Below, one piece after another: positions 1-10,629 of a stretch of 64,000 nt of DNA. The stretch covers positions 1,632,001 through 1,696,000 of the forward strand of contig OZ220480.1 in NCBI GenBank assembly GCA_965116025.1, written 5' to 3'. The stretch comes from an uncultured candidatus Porisulfidus sp. (GTDB lineage: Bacteria > Pseudomonadota > Gammaproteobacteria > Poriferisulfidales > Poriferisulfidaceae). A model generated the notes under the pieces. It was not told where the DNA came from. It made no database searches and saw only the letters and a program-made list of their open reading frames with translations. Position 1 is the stretch's first letter, and every line of letters begins with the position of its first letter. The translations under genes and the position numbers were made by a program.

Positions 1-174
1 TGGAATGAGTATCGTCGCGCGGACTTGGCGGACTCATGGAGATCGCGGCCTATAATGAATTTCTTGGCTGACAGTTGGGGCTTTCCCCAATGCGCGAGAA
101 TGCCAGGGACCATTCGCCGTTTTTCGCGGCTGGATCGGCGGCAATCAAAACCATTCTTCTTCGCTCGAAAATCA

Positions 175-639
175 ATGGATTCGGATTCGACTACGCTCGA
201 CGAGGAAATGATGGATCGGGCTCTGGAGCTCGCGAGATGGGCGGCGGCGGATGGAGAGGTGCCGGTTGGCGCCGTGGTCACGCTGGATGGCTCCGTGGTC
301 GGAACTGGCTACAACCGTAGCGTCAAGCTGGACGATCCGAGCGCGCATGCCGAGATCGTCGCGTTGCGAGAGGCCGGGAAGGCGGTCCGCAACTATCGCT
401 TACCAGGCGCGACCCTGTACGTGACTTTGGAGCCTTGCTTGATGTGCGTTGGCGCGGCGGTCGCGGCGCGGGTGGAGCGCTTGGTCTTTGGGGCCGCGGA
501 TCCCAAGGCGGGCTGTTTGGGAGGCGCGTTCGACGCGGCGAGATTGCCATTTCTGAACCATCGCTTCGTGGTCGATTCGGGAGTTCGGGCGCGGCAGTGC
601 GGCGACCTGCTCCGAGATTTTTTTCGAAAACGGCGGTGA
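175..639 (+). CDS. tadA: tRNA adenosine(34) deaminase
   Basis: GEVPVGAV, HAE, TLEPCLMC and FFRKRR motifs. ATG at 175 preferred over the ORF-track start at 25. Confidence 0.93.
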   Translation: MDSDSTTLDEEMMDRALELARWAAADGEVPVGAVVTLDGSVVGTGYNRSVKLDDPSAHAEIVALREAGKAVRNYRLPGATLYVTLEPCLMCVGAAVAARVERLVFGAADPKAGCLGGAFDAARLPFLNHRFVVDSGVRARQCGDLLRDFFRKRR

Positions 640-773
640 CGCGGGACCGAAAATCGCGACTATGGATTTTGGGTATAATGCGTTGCCAAGTCTTGCGGAC
701 ATTCGCGCGAAGCGGATAGCACACCACGGATGAGCGAACAACCTGTCTCGAATTCTCTACAAGGCCGGAGTTG

Positions 774-2630
774 ATGGATACGTTCCTCGGTCTGCTGCTA
801 CGCCAAGCAAGCGAAAATCCAGATCTTCCCGCCCTGCGCACCAAGCGCATGGGCATTTGGGACGTCACCACATGGGCGCAGGCGCGCGACCGGGTCTCCG
901 TCTTGGCCCATATGCTGGGCGAGCAGGGCGTGGGGGAAGGAACGTCGTTCGGAGTCTTCGGCCCTAATCACACGGATATGTACCTGACCTACCTCGCGGT
1001 GCATAGCCTCGGGGGAATCGTGGTACCCATCGGCTCGAGCACGTTCGGCGATGATCTCCGGCGGCAGATTCAAAGCTCCGATGTCGAGCATATCCTCGCG
1101 TTCGAGCAACAGCACGTGGACGCTTTGCTGGAATGCGGGAAGACCAGCCTGAAAAGAGTGTTCTACGTCAACGGCCGCGGCATAGAGAACTACGATCAGC
1201 CCGAGCTGGCGTCATTGCCGCAAAGCTTGGAAGGCATCGAGGCATCCACCTCGCTCTTGGAGCGATTGGAAGGACAAAGGGATCCGGAGGAGACGGCGAC
1301 CATTCTTCTGACCTCCGGTGCCGGTCGCGAGGAGCGGCCGGTCGAGCTGTCGCACGGCGCTCTGATCGCCACCGCCCGTAGCCTCGCGCGGCGCGAGACG
1401 ATCACGGCGAAGGACAGCTTGCTGGCGTATCTGCCGCTGTCGGTCTCCAGCGATTTCCTGTTTTCCTATTCCTTGGCCATGGTGTCCGGCTGCGCCATGA
1501 ATTGCCCAGAGAACGACGACACCGTGCTGGAGAACATGCAGGAAATCGGCCCGACGCTCATGTTCGGCCCGCCCTACGTCTACAAGTACATCTACACGCA
1601 CGCCTCCAACCGGATTGAGAGCGCCCGGACGCTGGACACCAAGATCTACAAAGCGGCGTTGCGCGCCGTGATGACGGTCGCCGCGCACCGAGCCGAAGGC
1701 TCGCATGGCTCGATCGCTGACCGACTGCGCTTTCTGCTCGCGCGCTTCACCACGTTCAGCCCATTCTGCAACATGTATGGCCTGAGCCGCCTGCGTCTCG
1801 CGTTGACCGGCGGCGACGCGATCGCGCCGGACGTGTTCCATTTCTTCCGGGCGATCGGGATCGACCTGCGCGAGACCTACGGACAGGTCGAGGGGTGCGC
1901 TTGCGTGACCATGCAGTCGTCCGAGGATTGGAACTCGGACTCGGTCGGACGACCGCTCGATGGCACGGAGGTGCGCATCGAGGATGGCGAGATATGGTTT
2001 CGGGGGCCGGGGCGCATGAAGGGGATTCACAAGAACCCCGAGGCGACTGCCGAGAGCGTCAAGGATGGCTGGGTGCGGACTCATGACGCGGGACACTTGG
2101 ACGACCAGGGCCGCCTTCATGTGCATGGGCAGATCGCGCGCATGGGAAAGCTCCGCGATGGCGGCGCGTTCGCGCCTGACATACTGGAAGCTCGCCTGCG
2201 CTCCTCCGAATACATCAAGCAGGCGATCATCTTCGGGAATGATCGGGAATATCCAGTCGCCATCGTCGCGATCGATGGCACCATCACGCGAACCTGGGCG
2301 GACCGGCGCAGCCTGCGCTACACGGGCTACGCCGACTTGTCGGCGCACGCCTCGGTGCAGGAGATGGTGCGCGAGTATATCCAGAAGGTGAACGAGCGGC
2401 TTGCGGAAGACCCGGCGACCTCAGGCATGCGGTTGCGCCGCTTCGCCATCCTGAACCGCGAGTTCATGGCTTCGGCCGGCGAGGTGACTCCGACCCGGAA
2501 ATTGCGGTGCCATGCGGTGGAGGGGAAGCACCGGGGGCTGGTCGAGGCGCTGTACAGCGACGCGCTGGAGTACACTTATACGGACCCGGTCGACGGGGAG
2601 ACCTACACCCTGCCATTGGGGAACGTTTAA
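774..2630 (+). CDS. AMP-binding long-chain acyl-CoA synthetase-like protein (FAA1 type), divergent motifs
   Basis: LAYLPLS, ETYGQVEG, GWVRTHDAG and EVTPTRKLR motifs; first gene of a Liv-type ABC operon. The P-loop is atypical (LTSGAGREERP). Confidence 0.8.
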   Translation: MDTFLGLLLRQASENPDLPALRTKRMGIWDVTTWAQARDRVSVLAHMLGEQGVGEGTSFGVFGPNHTDMYLTYLAVHSLGGIVVPIGSSTFGDDLRRQIQSSDVEHILAFEQQHVDALLECGKTSLKRVFYVNGRGIENYDQPELASLPQSLEGIEASTSLLERLEGQRDPEETATILLTSGAGREERPVELSHGALIATARSLARRETITAKDSLLAYLPLSVSSDFLFSYSLAMVSGCAMNCPENDDTVLENMQEIGPTLMFGPPYVYKYIYTHASNRIESARTLDTKIYKAALRAVMTVAAHRAEGSHGSIADRLRFLLARFTTFSPFCNMYGLSRLRLALTGGDAIAPDVFHFFRAIGIDLRETYGQVEGCACVTMQSSEDWNSDSVGRPLDGTEVRIEDGEIWFRGPGRMKGIHKNPEATAESVKDGWVRTHDAGHLDDQGRLHVHGQIARMGKLRDGGAFAPDILEARLRSSEYIKQAIIFGNDREYPVAIVAIDGTITRTWADRRSLRYTGYADLSAHASVQEMVREYIQKVNERLAEDPATSGMRLRRFAILNREFMASAGEVTPTRKLRCHAVEGKHRGLVEALYSDALEYTYTDPVDGETYTLPLGNV

Positions 2631-2631
2631 G

Positions 2632-3411
2632 ATGGCTTCAGCGGACCCGATTCTGAGGATTGAGGACATCACGCTGGCGTTCGGCGGCGTGACCGCGCTG
2701 AACGGGATCAGTTTCGACGTGGAGGATGGCGAGATCTGCGCGGTGATCGGGCCCAACGGCGCTGGCAAGAGTTCCATGCTGAACGTCATCAACAGCGTGT
2801 ATATCCCGCAGAAAGGACGGGTCATCTTCAGGGGGCAGGACTGCACCCGCATGCGTCCGCGGCAGATCGCGAAGTTGGGCATGGCGCGGACGTTCCAGAA
2901 CATTGGGCTGTTCCAGGGCATGACCGTGCTGGAGAACATTCTGACCGGGCGGAGCCTGAAAATCCGCTCCACCTGGATCGAGCAGGGCCTGAACATCGGG
3001 CGGGCCCGCCGCGAGGAGGTCGAGAACCGCCGAGCGGTCGAGGAGGTCATCGAGTTTTTGCACCTGCAGGGCATCCGGAAGACTCCGGTCGGGAAGCTTC
3101 CGTACGGTCTGCAGAAACGAGTCGAGCTGGCCCGGGCGCTGGTGGCCGAGCCCACCTTGTTGCTGCAGGACGAGCCGATGACTGGAATGAACCTGGAAGA
3201 GAAGAAGGACATGTCCTGCTTCGCGCTCGAGATCAACCGGGAATTCGGCACCACCATCGTGCTGATCGAGCACGACATGAGCGTGGTGATGGACATCTCC
3301 GACCATGTGGTCGTGCTGGATTACGGCGCGAAGATCGGCGACGGCACGCCGGACGAGGTCAAGAACAATCAAGACGTGATCGACGCCTATCTGGGCGTGT
3401 CGCACGACTGA
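2632..3411 (+). CDS. ABC transporter ATP-binding subunit (LivG family)
   Basis: GPNGAGKS Walker A, ARTFQN, LPYGLQKRVE, LLLQDEP, IEHDM, AYLG. ATG lies 1 nt after the upstream stop. Confidence 0.92.
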   Translation: MASADPILRIEDITLAFGGVTALNGISFDVEDGEICAVIGPNGAGKSSMLNVINSVYIPQKGRVIFRGQDCTRMRPRQIAKLGMARTFQNIGLFQGMTVLENILTGRSLKIRSTWIEQGLNIGRARREEVENRRAVEEVIEFLHLQGIRKTPVGKLPYGLQKRVELARALVAEPTLLLQDEPMTGMNLEEKKDMSCFALEINREFGTTIVLIEHDMSVVMDISDHVVVLDYGAKIGDGTPDEVKNNQDVIDAYLGVSHD

Positions 3412-3422
3412 GGGAGGCGGGC

Positions 3423-4364
3423 ATGGGCTTCGACTGGGTATTTTTCATCGAGATTTTCGTTGGCGGGCTGATGTCCGGCATTATGTACTCGCTGGTCGCG
3501 ATCGGCTTCGTGCTGATCTACAAGTCTTCCGGGATATTCAACTTCGCGCAGGGCACCATGTTGCTGTTCGCGGCGCTGACGTTCGTGAAGCTGACCGAGG
3601 GCAGCGTGAACTTCTGGGTGGCCCTTATCCTGACGATGGCCACCATGGTGGTGTTCGGGATCCTCGTGGAGCGCTTCATGATGCGTCCTCTGGCCAACCA
3701 GTCGTTGTTGTCTCTGTTCATGGCGACGGTCGGGCTGGCGACGCTGATCGAGGGGCTGGCCCAGTACGTGTGGGACTCCGCGATCCACGGCTTGCAGCTA
3801 GCGGATTTTCTGGATCTGGCGCTCTTGGATCCGGTTAACATGACGATCTTCGTCTCCGACTATATCGAGTGGCTGGACATCCTGATCTCGAAATTCGACA
3901 TATTCGCCACGATCGTGGCGGGAAGCATGATTCTGATCTTGGCGATCTTCTTCCAGAAAACCCGGACCGGGATGTCGTTGCGCGCGGTGTCCGATGATCA
4001 TCTGGCGGCCATGGCGGTGGGCATTCCGCTGTCTCGGGTATGGGCGCTGGTGTGGGCCGTGACGGGCATCATCGCGCTGATCGCGGGGTTATTGTGGGCG
4101 GAGCGGGTCAGCGTGTCGTTCACGCTGGTGGAGGCGGTGCTCAAGGCCTTGCCCGTGATCTTGATCGGGGGGCTGACCTCGATCCCCGGCGCGATCGTCG
4201 GCGGACTGATTATCGGAGTGGGCGAGAAGATGGGCGAGATCTATTTGGGCGACCTGCTGGGCGTGCAAGGCATCGAGACCTGGTTCTCGTACTTCATCGC
4301 CTTGGTCTTCCTGCTCTTTCGGCCCTCCGGGCTGTTCGGGCTGAAAGCCGTCGAGAGGGTCTAG
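3423..4364 (+). CDS. Branched-chain amino acid-type ABC permease (LivH family)
   Basis: YSLVAIGFVLIYK..NFAQG and RPSGLFG motifs, multiple TM segments; GGAGG RBS. Confidence 0.92.
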   Translation: MGFDWVFFIEIFVGGLMSGIMYSLVAIGFVLIYKSSGIFNFAQGTMLLFAALTFVKLTEGSVNFWVALILTMATMVVFGILVERFMMRPLANQSLLSLFMATVGLATLIEGLAQYVWDSAIHGLQLADFLDLALLDPVNMTIFVSDYIEWLDILISKFDIFATIVAGSMILILAIFFQKTRTGMSLRAVSDDHLAAMAVGIPLSRVWALVWAVTGIIALIAGLLWAERVSVSFTLVEAVLKALPVILIGGLTSIPGAIVGGLIIGVGEKMGEIYLGDLLGVQGIETWFSYFIALVFLLFRPSGLFGLKAVERV

Positions 4365-4366
4365 CC

Positions 4367-5461
4367 ATGTTTTATCGCGAAACCGGAACGTTCACCACCA
4401 GCTATCTGGAGGACCGGAAGCTCTTTCCGATCCCGTTCGACAAATGGGCGATGGGGGTCTTCATGGCCTTCATGGTCTTCGTGATCCCATTCATCGCCAG
4501 CGACTACTGGCTGGCGGCCCACCTGATCCCAATCCTGGCGTTCGGCTGCGCCGCGCTCGGCCTGAATCTTTTGACCGGCATGACGGGGCAGTTGTCGCTG
4601 GGCACGGCCGGCTTCATGTGCTTCGGCGCCTTCTTCACCTTCAACATCATGCTGCGCTTCCCGGAAGGCTGGATGAGTCTGCCGGTGGCGATGATGCTGG
4701 CGGGGACGGCGACGGGCCTGATCGGGGTCGTCTTCGGTCTCCCGAGCATCCGGATCAAGGGCTTCTACCTGCTGGTGTCCACGCTGGCCGCGCAGTACTT
4801 CGCCTTGTGGTTCTTCCGTTCCTACCCGTATTTCCTGAACTACGCCACCGCGACCGTGACCCTGCCGGACCACCATCTCGACTATCTTTGGATTGGCGAG
4901 ACCTTCAACGTGGACATGGCGAGCTACGAGGCCAAGTATCTGATGTCGCTGGGCATCGTGTCCGGGCTCGCGCTGTTCGCCAAGAACCTCATGCGCAGCT
5001 CGACTGGAAGGAATTTCATGGCGGTGCGCGACATGGATATCGCGGCCAGCGTGATCGGCATCCCGGTGATGCGCACGAAGATGCTGGCGTTCTTCGTCAG
5101 CTGCTTCTACTGCGGCGTGGGCGGCGCGCTGTTCTGCTACGCGTATCTGCAGGTGCTGGGCATTCGCACCTTCGAGATGAACCGCTCGTTCACCGTGCTG
5201 TTCATGGTGATCATCGGCGGTTTGGGCTCGATCGCCGGGTCGTTCTACGGCACGATCCTGGTCTATGAGTTCCCGATTTTCTTCTCTTGGGTCGGGGACT
5301 ACGTGTTCGGTGGGGCCTTCGACACCGCGGTGGTGCAGAACGTCGCGAAGATCCTGTATGGCATCCTGATCATCGCTTTGCTGATCCGGGAGCCGGGCGG
5401 TCTGGCGGCGCTGTGGGCGACCACCAAACAGAAACTTCGAACTTGGCCATTCCCGCACTGA
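4367..5461 (+). CDS. Branched-chain amino acid-type ABC permease (LivM family)
   Basis: MFYRETG N-terminus, GLNLLTGMTGQLSLG, IIGGLGS and WPF C-terminus, typical of this operon family. Confidence 0.92.
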   Translation: MFYRETGTFTTSYLEDRKLFPIPFDKWAMGVFMAFMVFVIPFIASDYWLAAHLIPILAFGCAALGLNLLTGMTGQLSLGTAGFMCFGAFFTFNIMLRFPEGWMSLPVAMMLAGTATGLIGVVFGLPSIRIKGFYLLVSTLAAQYFALWFFRSYPYFLNYATATVTLPDHHLDYLWIGETFNVDMASYEAKYLMSLGIVSGLALFAKNLMRSSTGRNFMAVRDMDIAASVIGIPVMRTKMLAFFVSCFYCGVGGALFCYAYLQVLGIRTFEMNRSFTVLFMVIIGGLGSIAGSFYGTILVYEFPIFFSWVGDYVFGGAFDTAVVQNVAKILYGILIIALLIREPGGLAALWATTKQKLRTWPFPH

Positions 5462-5634
5462 CGGGCGAATCGAGAGATCTCGAGGAAAATTATCTGACTG
5501 AATCATCTGGATTACTCTCGGGCGCCTCTGGATGCATTTGCTAAAAGAGGCGTTTGGGTGTAAAAAAGGCTTGCTGAAAAGCAGTTAACTGCAAGCTATA
5601 ACTAAAAGCCTCTTAAGGAGGGCACAACGAAACC

Positions 5635-6981
5635 ATGAAAAGCAAAATTTGGATAACAGGTGCGGCCATGGCCGTCGCCATGTCCACGACCGCTCCAGTG
5701 ATGGCCGCGGGGGAAGTCTACATCCCCATGCCGGTCTATCGCATTGGGCCGTACGCGACGGGTGGCACGGGCTACTTCGGCGGGATCATCGATTACTACA
5801 ATCTGATGAACATGACCGAAGGCGGCGTCGGTGGCATGAAGATCATCTGGAACGAATGCGAAACCCAGTACAACGACCAACAGGGCGTCGAGTGCTACCA
5901 CCGGATGAAGGAGTACGAGGGCAAGAGCGCCTTGTTCTTCGATCCTCTGTCCGTTGGCATCTCGACCTCACTGGTCGCCCAGGGACGCAAGGACAAGATC
6001 TCGATCATCGCGGTGAACCACGGTCGAACCGAGGGTCAGCGCGGGGACGTCTTCCCGTACTACTTCATGCCTGGCATCAATACCTACGACGAGCATTCCA
6101 TCATCACGGCCTTCATCGGCCAGCTGGAAGGCGGCATGGAGAACCTGGCGGGCAAGAAGATCGTTCTTCTGTTCCACGGTTCCACCTATGGCCGCGAGGC
6201 CGTCGAGTTCACGCACATGCTGTGCGAGAAGCACGGGTGCGAGTCCGAGGCGATCGAGGTCCCTCACCCAGGCAACGAGCAGACTTCCCAGTGGCTGAAA
6301 ATCCGCCGCTCGAAGCCTGACTACGTCGTGCTGCGCGGCTGGGGAGTCATGAATCCGGTGGCTATGCAGACCGGCGTTCGCATGGGCTTCCCGATCGACC
6401 ATCTGATCGGCAACATCTGGAGCAACGACGATGGCGACGTGAAGCCGGCTGGCTCCTCGGCCAACGGCTATCAGGCCATCACCACGCACCCGACGGGCCG
6501 CGTGGCTCCAGTGATCGATGAGATCGTGGATAAGGTGTACGGCGCCGGCAAGGGAGACCTGCAGGACAAGTCGCGCATCGGCTCCAACTACTGGAACCTC
6601 GGCGTGATGGCGGGAGTCATCCATCTCGAGGCGGTTCGCGTCGCGCAGGCTCGTTTCGGGCCCGACGTCAACTCCTCCCAGGTCCGCTGGGGCTTCGAGA
6701 ACCTGAACCTGGACACCGCCCGCCTGACTGAGTTGGGCGCGAACGGCCTGGTTCCGGAGATCAAGACCAATTGCATGGACCATGTGGGCGGCCATCAGGC
6801 CAAGTTCATCCAGTGGGTGTACGCCGACACGCAGTGGAAAGTCGTGACCGACTGGATCGATGGCGACGTCGAGCTCTCTCAGTCCATCATCGACGCCAAG
6901 GCGGAGAACGCGATCAAGAACGAAGGCATCGAGCCGCGGGATTGCAACGATCCCGAGCAGCGCGACAACTTCGACGTCTGA
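5635..6981 (+). CDS. ABC transporter periplasmic substrate-binding protein (LivK/PBP1 type)
   Basis: Signal peptide (MKSKIW...VMA), YRIGPYA, HPGNEQTSQWLKIRR, GWGVMN; TAAGGAGG RBS upstream. Confidence 0.9.
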   Translation: MKSKIWITGAAMAVAMSTTAPVMAAGEVYIPMPVYRIGPYATGGTGYFGGIIDYYNLMNMTEGGVGGMKIIWNECETQYNDQQGVECYHRMKEYEGKSALFFDPLSVGISTSLVAQGRKDKISIIAVNHGRTEGQRGDVFPYYFMPGINTYDEHSIITAFIGQLEGGMENLAGKKIVLLFHGSTYGREAVEFTHMLCEKHGCESEAIEVPHPGNEQTSQWLKIRRSKPDYVVLRGWGVMNPVAMQTGVRMGFPIDHLIGNIWSNDDGDVKPAGSSANGYQAITTHPTGRVAPVIDEIVDKVYGAGKGDLQDKSRIGSNYWNLGVMAGVIHLEAVRVAQARFGPDVNSSQVRWGFENLNLDTARLTELGANGLVPEIKTNCMDHVGGHQAKFIQWVYADTQWKVVTDWIDGDVELSQSIIDAKAENAIKNEGIEPRDCNDPEQRDNFDV

Positions 6982-7007
6982 TCGAGACGGAATGCGTTTA
7001 GAGTGAC

Positions 7008-7027
7008 GGCGGGGGGCGACCCCCGCC
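7008..7027 (+). terminator. GC-rich stem-loop (GNRA tetraloop) after the substrate-binding gene; mRNA-stabilising or weak terminator
   Basis: GGCGGGGG-GCGA-CCCCCGCC, a perfect 8-bp stem, followed only by a weak pyrimidine tract. Confidence 0.55.
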
Positions 7028-7134
7028 TGACCTCTTTCCCCGACCGACCGGCGACCCTCAAATAACCCGTCTCTGACGCCAAGCGCACCCCGCTTCGCCC
7101 CAGATTCGGCCTCACGCGGCGAGAGAGTCCAGCC

Positions 7135-7941
7135 ATGACCGACGTTCTGCTGTCCATCAACAATATCGAGGTCACCTACAACCGGGTGATTCTCGCCTTG
7201 CGCGGCATTAGCCTGCAGGTGAGGCAAGGGGATATCGTCTCGTTGCTGGGTGCCAACGGGGCTGGCAAGACGACGACCCTCAAGGCGTGCTCCAACCTGT
7301 TGCCGGCCGAGCGCGGCCAGATCAGCAAGGGGTCCATCGAGTTCCTCGGCAAGGACACCGCGGGAATGAGCGCGTACGATCTGGTGAAGAACGGGGTCGC
7401 GCAGGTGCTGGAGGGGCGGCATTGCTTCGCGCACCTGACGGTGGAGGAGAATCTAATGACGGGTTCCTTCATCCTCGAGGACCGAGCCCAGTCGAAAAAG
7501 GATTTGGAACTGGTGTACGAATACTTCCCTCGCATCAAGGTGCGCCGAAAAAGCGAGGCGGGCTTCACTTCTGGCGGTGAGCAACAGATGGTCGCTATTG
7601 GCCGAGCCTTGATGTCGCGCCCGAAACTGATCTTGCTCGACGAGCCCTCCATGGGCATCGCCCCGCAGTTGGTCGAGGAGGTCTTCGAGATCATACAAAA
7701 CCTCAACAAGAATGAGGGCGTGAGTTTCTTGGTCGCGGAGCAGAACGCCAGAATCGCGCTCAAGTACGCGACCGAAGCCTACGTAGTCGAGAACGGCCGG
7801 GTCATGTTGCGCGGCTCCTCCAAGGAGCTGATGGGACGGGCCGATGTGCAGGAGTTGTACTTGGGAGCCGGAGCTGAGGAGGAGGGCGAGAGCTTCCGCG
7901 ACGTCAAGCACTATCACCGGCGGCGACCCTCGTTCGCCTGA
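7135..7941 (+). CDS. ABC transporter ATP-binding subunit (LivF family)
   Basis: GANGAGKT, SGGEQQM, LILLDEPSMG, AEQN, and FRDVKHYHRRR tail. Confidence 0.92.
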   Translation: MTDVLLSINNIEVTYNRVILALRGISLQVRQGDIVSLLGANGAGKTTTLKACSNLLPAERGQISKGSIEFLGKDTAGMSAYDLVKNGVAQVLEGRHCFAHLTVEENLMTGSFILEDRAQSKKDLELVYEYFPRIKVRRKSEAGFTSGGEQQMVAIGRALMSRPKLILLDEPSMGIAPQLVEEVFEIIQNLNKNEGVSFLVAEQNARIALKYATEAYVVENGRVMLRGSSKELMGRADVQELYLGAGAEEEGESFRDVKHYHRRRPSFA

Positions 7942-8243
7942 GCGGAGCTTCCTCTTCGAGGGATGGAGAACTCGGCCTCATAGCGCTAGCGGAGATGTCA
8001 AAAATAGGGTATCCTAAAGCCCACGCCAAGCGCGCGAAATCATGAACGTATCGAAGGACTTCCCCACCCTCTGCACGGCAAGGCGCGGAGTCGCCTCGTC
8101 GTTGGCCGCCTTCCTCCTGCCGCGCTCGCGGCATGATCTTCTACCCTGACGACCCAAATCTGGCGGAACATCGAGACGCCTGACAGAAATCGTTGCCTCC
8201 ATACGCCCCCGAAGCGGGGGAAAGAACATAGGGAATTCCAGAA

Positions 8244-9782
8244 ATGGACAAGTTGATCATTTTCGACACCACGTTGCGGGATGGCGAGCAGAGTCCCGGC
8301 GCGTCCATGACGCGGGACGAGAAGCTGAACATCGCGCGCGCGCTGGAACGCATGCGCGTCGATGTCATTGAGGCGGGGTTTCCGGTCGCGAGTCCGGCCG
8401 AGTTCGAATCCGTGCGACAAATTGGCCAAGAAATCGCCGACAGCGCGGTTTGCGGATTGGCGCGCGCCTTGGACCAAGATATCGACCGGGCGGCCGAAGC
8501 GTTGCGGAAAGCCGCCCGTCCTCGCATCCACACCTTCATCGCGACCTCCCCGATCCATATGGAGCGAAAGCTCCGCATGCGGCCGGAACAGGTCGTGGAG
8601 CATGCCGTGGCCGCGGTGAGGCGGGCGCGTCGATACACCGATGACGTGGAGTTCTCCCCTGAGGACGCCGGGCGCTCGGATCCAGACTTCCTGTGCCGGA
8701 TCGTCGAGGCGGTGATCGACGCGGGAGCGCGGACCATCAATATCCCGGACACGGTGGGATACAGTCTCCCGTTCCAGTTCGGGAATCTGGTGGGCGACTT
8801 GATCGAGCGAGTCTCGAACTCGGATCAGGCCATCTTCTCGGTGCATTGCCACAACGATCTTGGGCTGGCGGTCGCGAATTCCCTGTCCGCGGTGCGCCGA
8901 GGCGCCCGGCAGGTCGAATGCACCATCAATGGCTTGGGCGAGCGGGCCGGGAACGCCGCGCTCGAGGAAATCGTCATGGCCGTGCGCACGCGGCGGGACG
9001 AATTCGATTGCGACAGCGGGATCGACGCGACTCGCATCGTTCCAACATCGCGGCTGGTTTCCAGCGTGACCGGGTTTCCGGTGCAGCCAAACAAGGCGAT
9101 CGTCGGCGCCAACGCGTTCGCGCACGAGTCCGGAATCCATCAGGACGGAGTGCTCAAGTATCGGGAAACCTACGAGATCATGCGCGCCCAGGACGTGGGC
9201 TGGTCCGATAACCGGATTGTGCTGGGCAAGCATTCCGGACGGCGGGCCATCATGGAGCGCGTCCAGAAACTCGGCCTCATGGTCGGAGAGGACGAGATGG
9301 ATTCGTTTTTCGCCCATTTCAAGGAATTGGCGGACCGCAAGCATGAGATATACGATGACGACCTGAGGAGATTGGCGTTGATGGAAGGAGAGAGCGCGGA
9401 TCGAGAAGGCTATCAGCTGGTCGATCTGGAAGTGACTTCGAAGGTCGGCGCGACGCCTGTGGCGCGGGTCGATCTGGCGCGAGACGGCGAGCGCTTCCGA
9501 GGAGAAGCATCTGGAGGAGGGCCGGTGGACGCGTCGTTCAAGGCGATTGAGGACATCGTTCATTCGGAGTCGGAATTGCAACTGTATTCGGTCAATAACA
9601 TCACGACTGGAACCGATGCCCAGGGAGAGGTGACCGTCCGCCTGCGAAAAGACGACCGGGTGGTCAATGGACAGGGAGCCCACACGGATATCGTTATCGC
9701 GTCCGCGCATGCGTACTTGAACGCGCTCGACAAGTTGGTTCGCGCGCCAGGGAGAACGCACCCGCAACTGGATCACATCTAG
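8244..9782 (+). CDS. leuA: 2-isopropylmalate synthase
   Basis: [35 protein letters not shown] and a C-terminal regulatory domain. Confidence 0.97.
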   Translation: MDKLIIFDTTLRDGEQSPGASMTRDEKLNIARALERMRVDVIEAGFPVASPAEFESVRQIGQEIADSAVCGLARALDQDIDRAAEALRKAARPRIHTFIATSPIHMERKLRMRPEQVVEHAVAAVRRARRYTDDVEFSPEDAGRSDPDFLCRIVEAVIDAGARTINIPDTVGYSLPFQFGNLVGDLIERVSNSDQAIFSVHCHNDLGLAVANSLSAVRRGARQVECTINGLGERAGNAALEEIVMAVRTRRDEFDCDSGIDATRIVPTSRLVSSVTGFPVQPNKAIVGANAFAHESGIHQDGVLKYRETYEIMRAQDVGWSDNRIVLGKHSGRRAIMERVQKLGLMVGEDEMDSFFAHFKELADRKHEIYDDDLRRLALMEGESADREGYQLVDLEVTSKVGATPVARVDLARDGERFRGEASGGGPVDASFKAIEDIVHSESELQLYSVNNITTGTDAQGEVTVRLRKDDRVVNGQGAHTDIVIASAHAYLNALDKLVRAPGRTHPQLDHI

Positions 9783-9793
9783 CGCGCGGACCG

Positions 9794-10570
9794 ATGTCCA
9801 GAAACGCCGCCTCGCCCAACGACGAATGCCTGGAGGGGTTGGGCCTGCGGCGATGGCGCCATCGGAATTCGGGCGAGACGGACGAGAATCCGGACGATCT
9901 GGAAGACGAGAATGATCGGGATGGCGAGAAAGCGGAAGAAATGGAGAAGGAGAAGCCCCCCACGACGACCCTGACGCTGGATCCCGAGAGTCGGCATTTG
10001 CATCAATGGCGCGTGGCGCGCAAGGACGTCTCGGAGTGCGTGCTCTGCGAACTGCACCGAACTCGCAAGAACACGGTTTTCGGCGTGGGCGTGGAGGACG
10101 CGGACGTCATGATGATCGGGGAGGCTCCGGGCGCGGACGAGGATGCCCAGGGAGAGCCTTTCGTTGGGCGCGCTGGCAAGCTTTTGGATAGCATGCTGGC
10201 GGCGATCGGGATGAGTCGGGAGCGAGTCTTCATCGCGAACATCCTGAAATGCCGGCCTCCCTACAACGAGAATCCCACGCCGGAGCAGGCGGCGAAGTGT
10301 CGTCCGCACCTGGATCGTCAGATCGATCTCGTCCAGCCTCGTATCATTCTGGCGCTTGGCTCGGTCGCGGCCCGCAACCTATTGGATGTGGAGACTCCGA
10401 TCGGGAAGCTGCGTGGGACCGTTCACGAAATGCCCGGGTCGAAAATCCCCGTCATTCCGACGTACCATCCGGCGTATCTATTGCGCCGTCCCCAAGGAAA
10501 AGCCCAGGCGTTCGAGGATTTGATGTTGCTATGCGACTCGCTCAAGAGCTTGGGCGTCTCGAGCGACTGA
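9794..10570 (+). CDS. Uracil-DNA glycosylase family 4 (4Fe-4S), acidic N-terminal linker
   Basis: Cxx[28 protein letters not shown] and TYHPAYLLR motifs. Confidence 0.93.
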   Translation: MSRNAASPNDECLEGLGLRRWRHRNSGETDENPDDLEDENDRDGEKAEEMEKEKPPTTTLTLDPESRHLHQWRVARKDVSECVLCELHRTRKNTVFGVGVEDADVMMIGEAPGADEDAQGEPFVGRAGKLLDSMLAAIGMSRERVFIANILKCRPPYNENPTPEQAAKCRPHLDRQIDLVQPRIILALGSVAARNLLDVETPIGKLRGTVHEMPGSKIPVIPTYHPAYLLRRPQGKAQAFEDLMLLCDSLKSLGVSSD

Positions 10571-10629
10571 GTTCCCGATTTCTTGGCGGGAGACCGTAGC
10601 TGGCGAGGATTGACGGCGGGGCGCGAGTA

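Noticed and set aside
8040-9776. 578-aa minus-strand ORF, and similar long antisense ORFs such as 5968..7434, 1212..2348 and 40321..41451
   Set aside because: Shadow frames opposite well-supported genes in high-GC DNA; no recognisable motifs.
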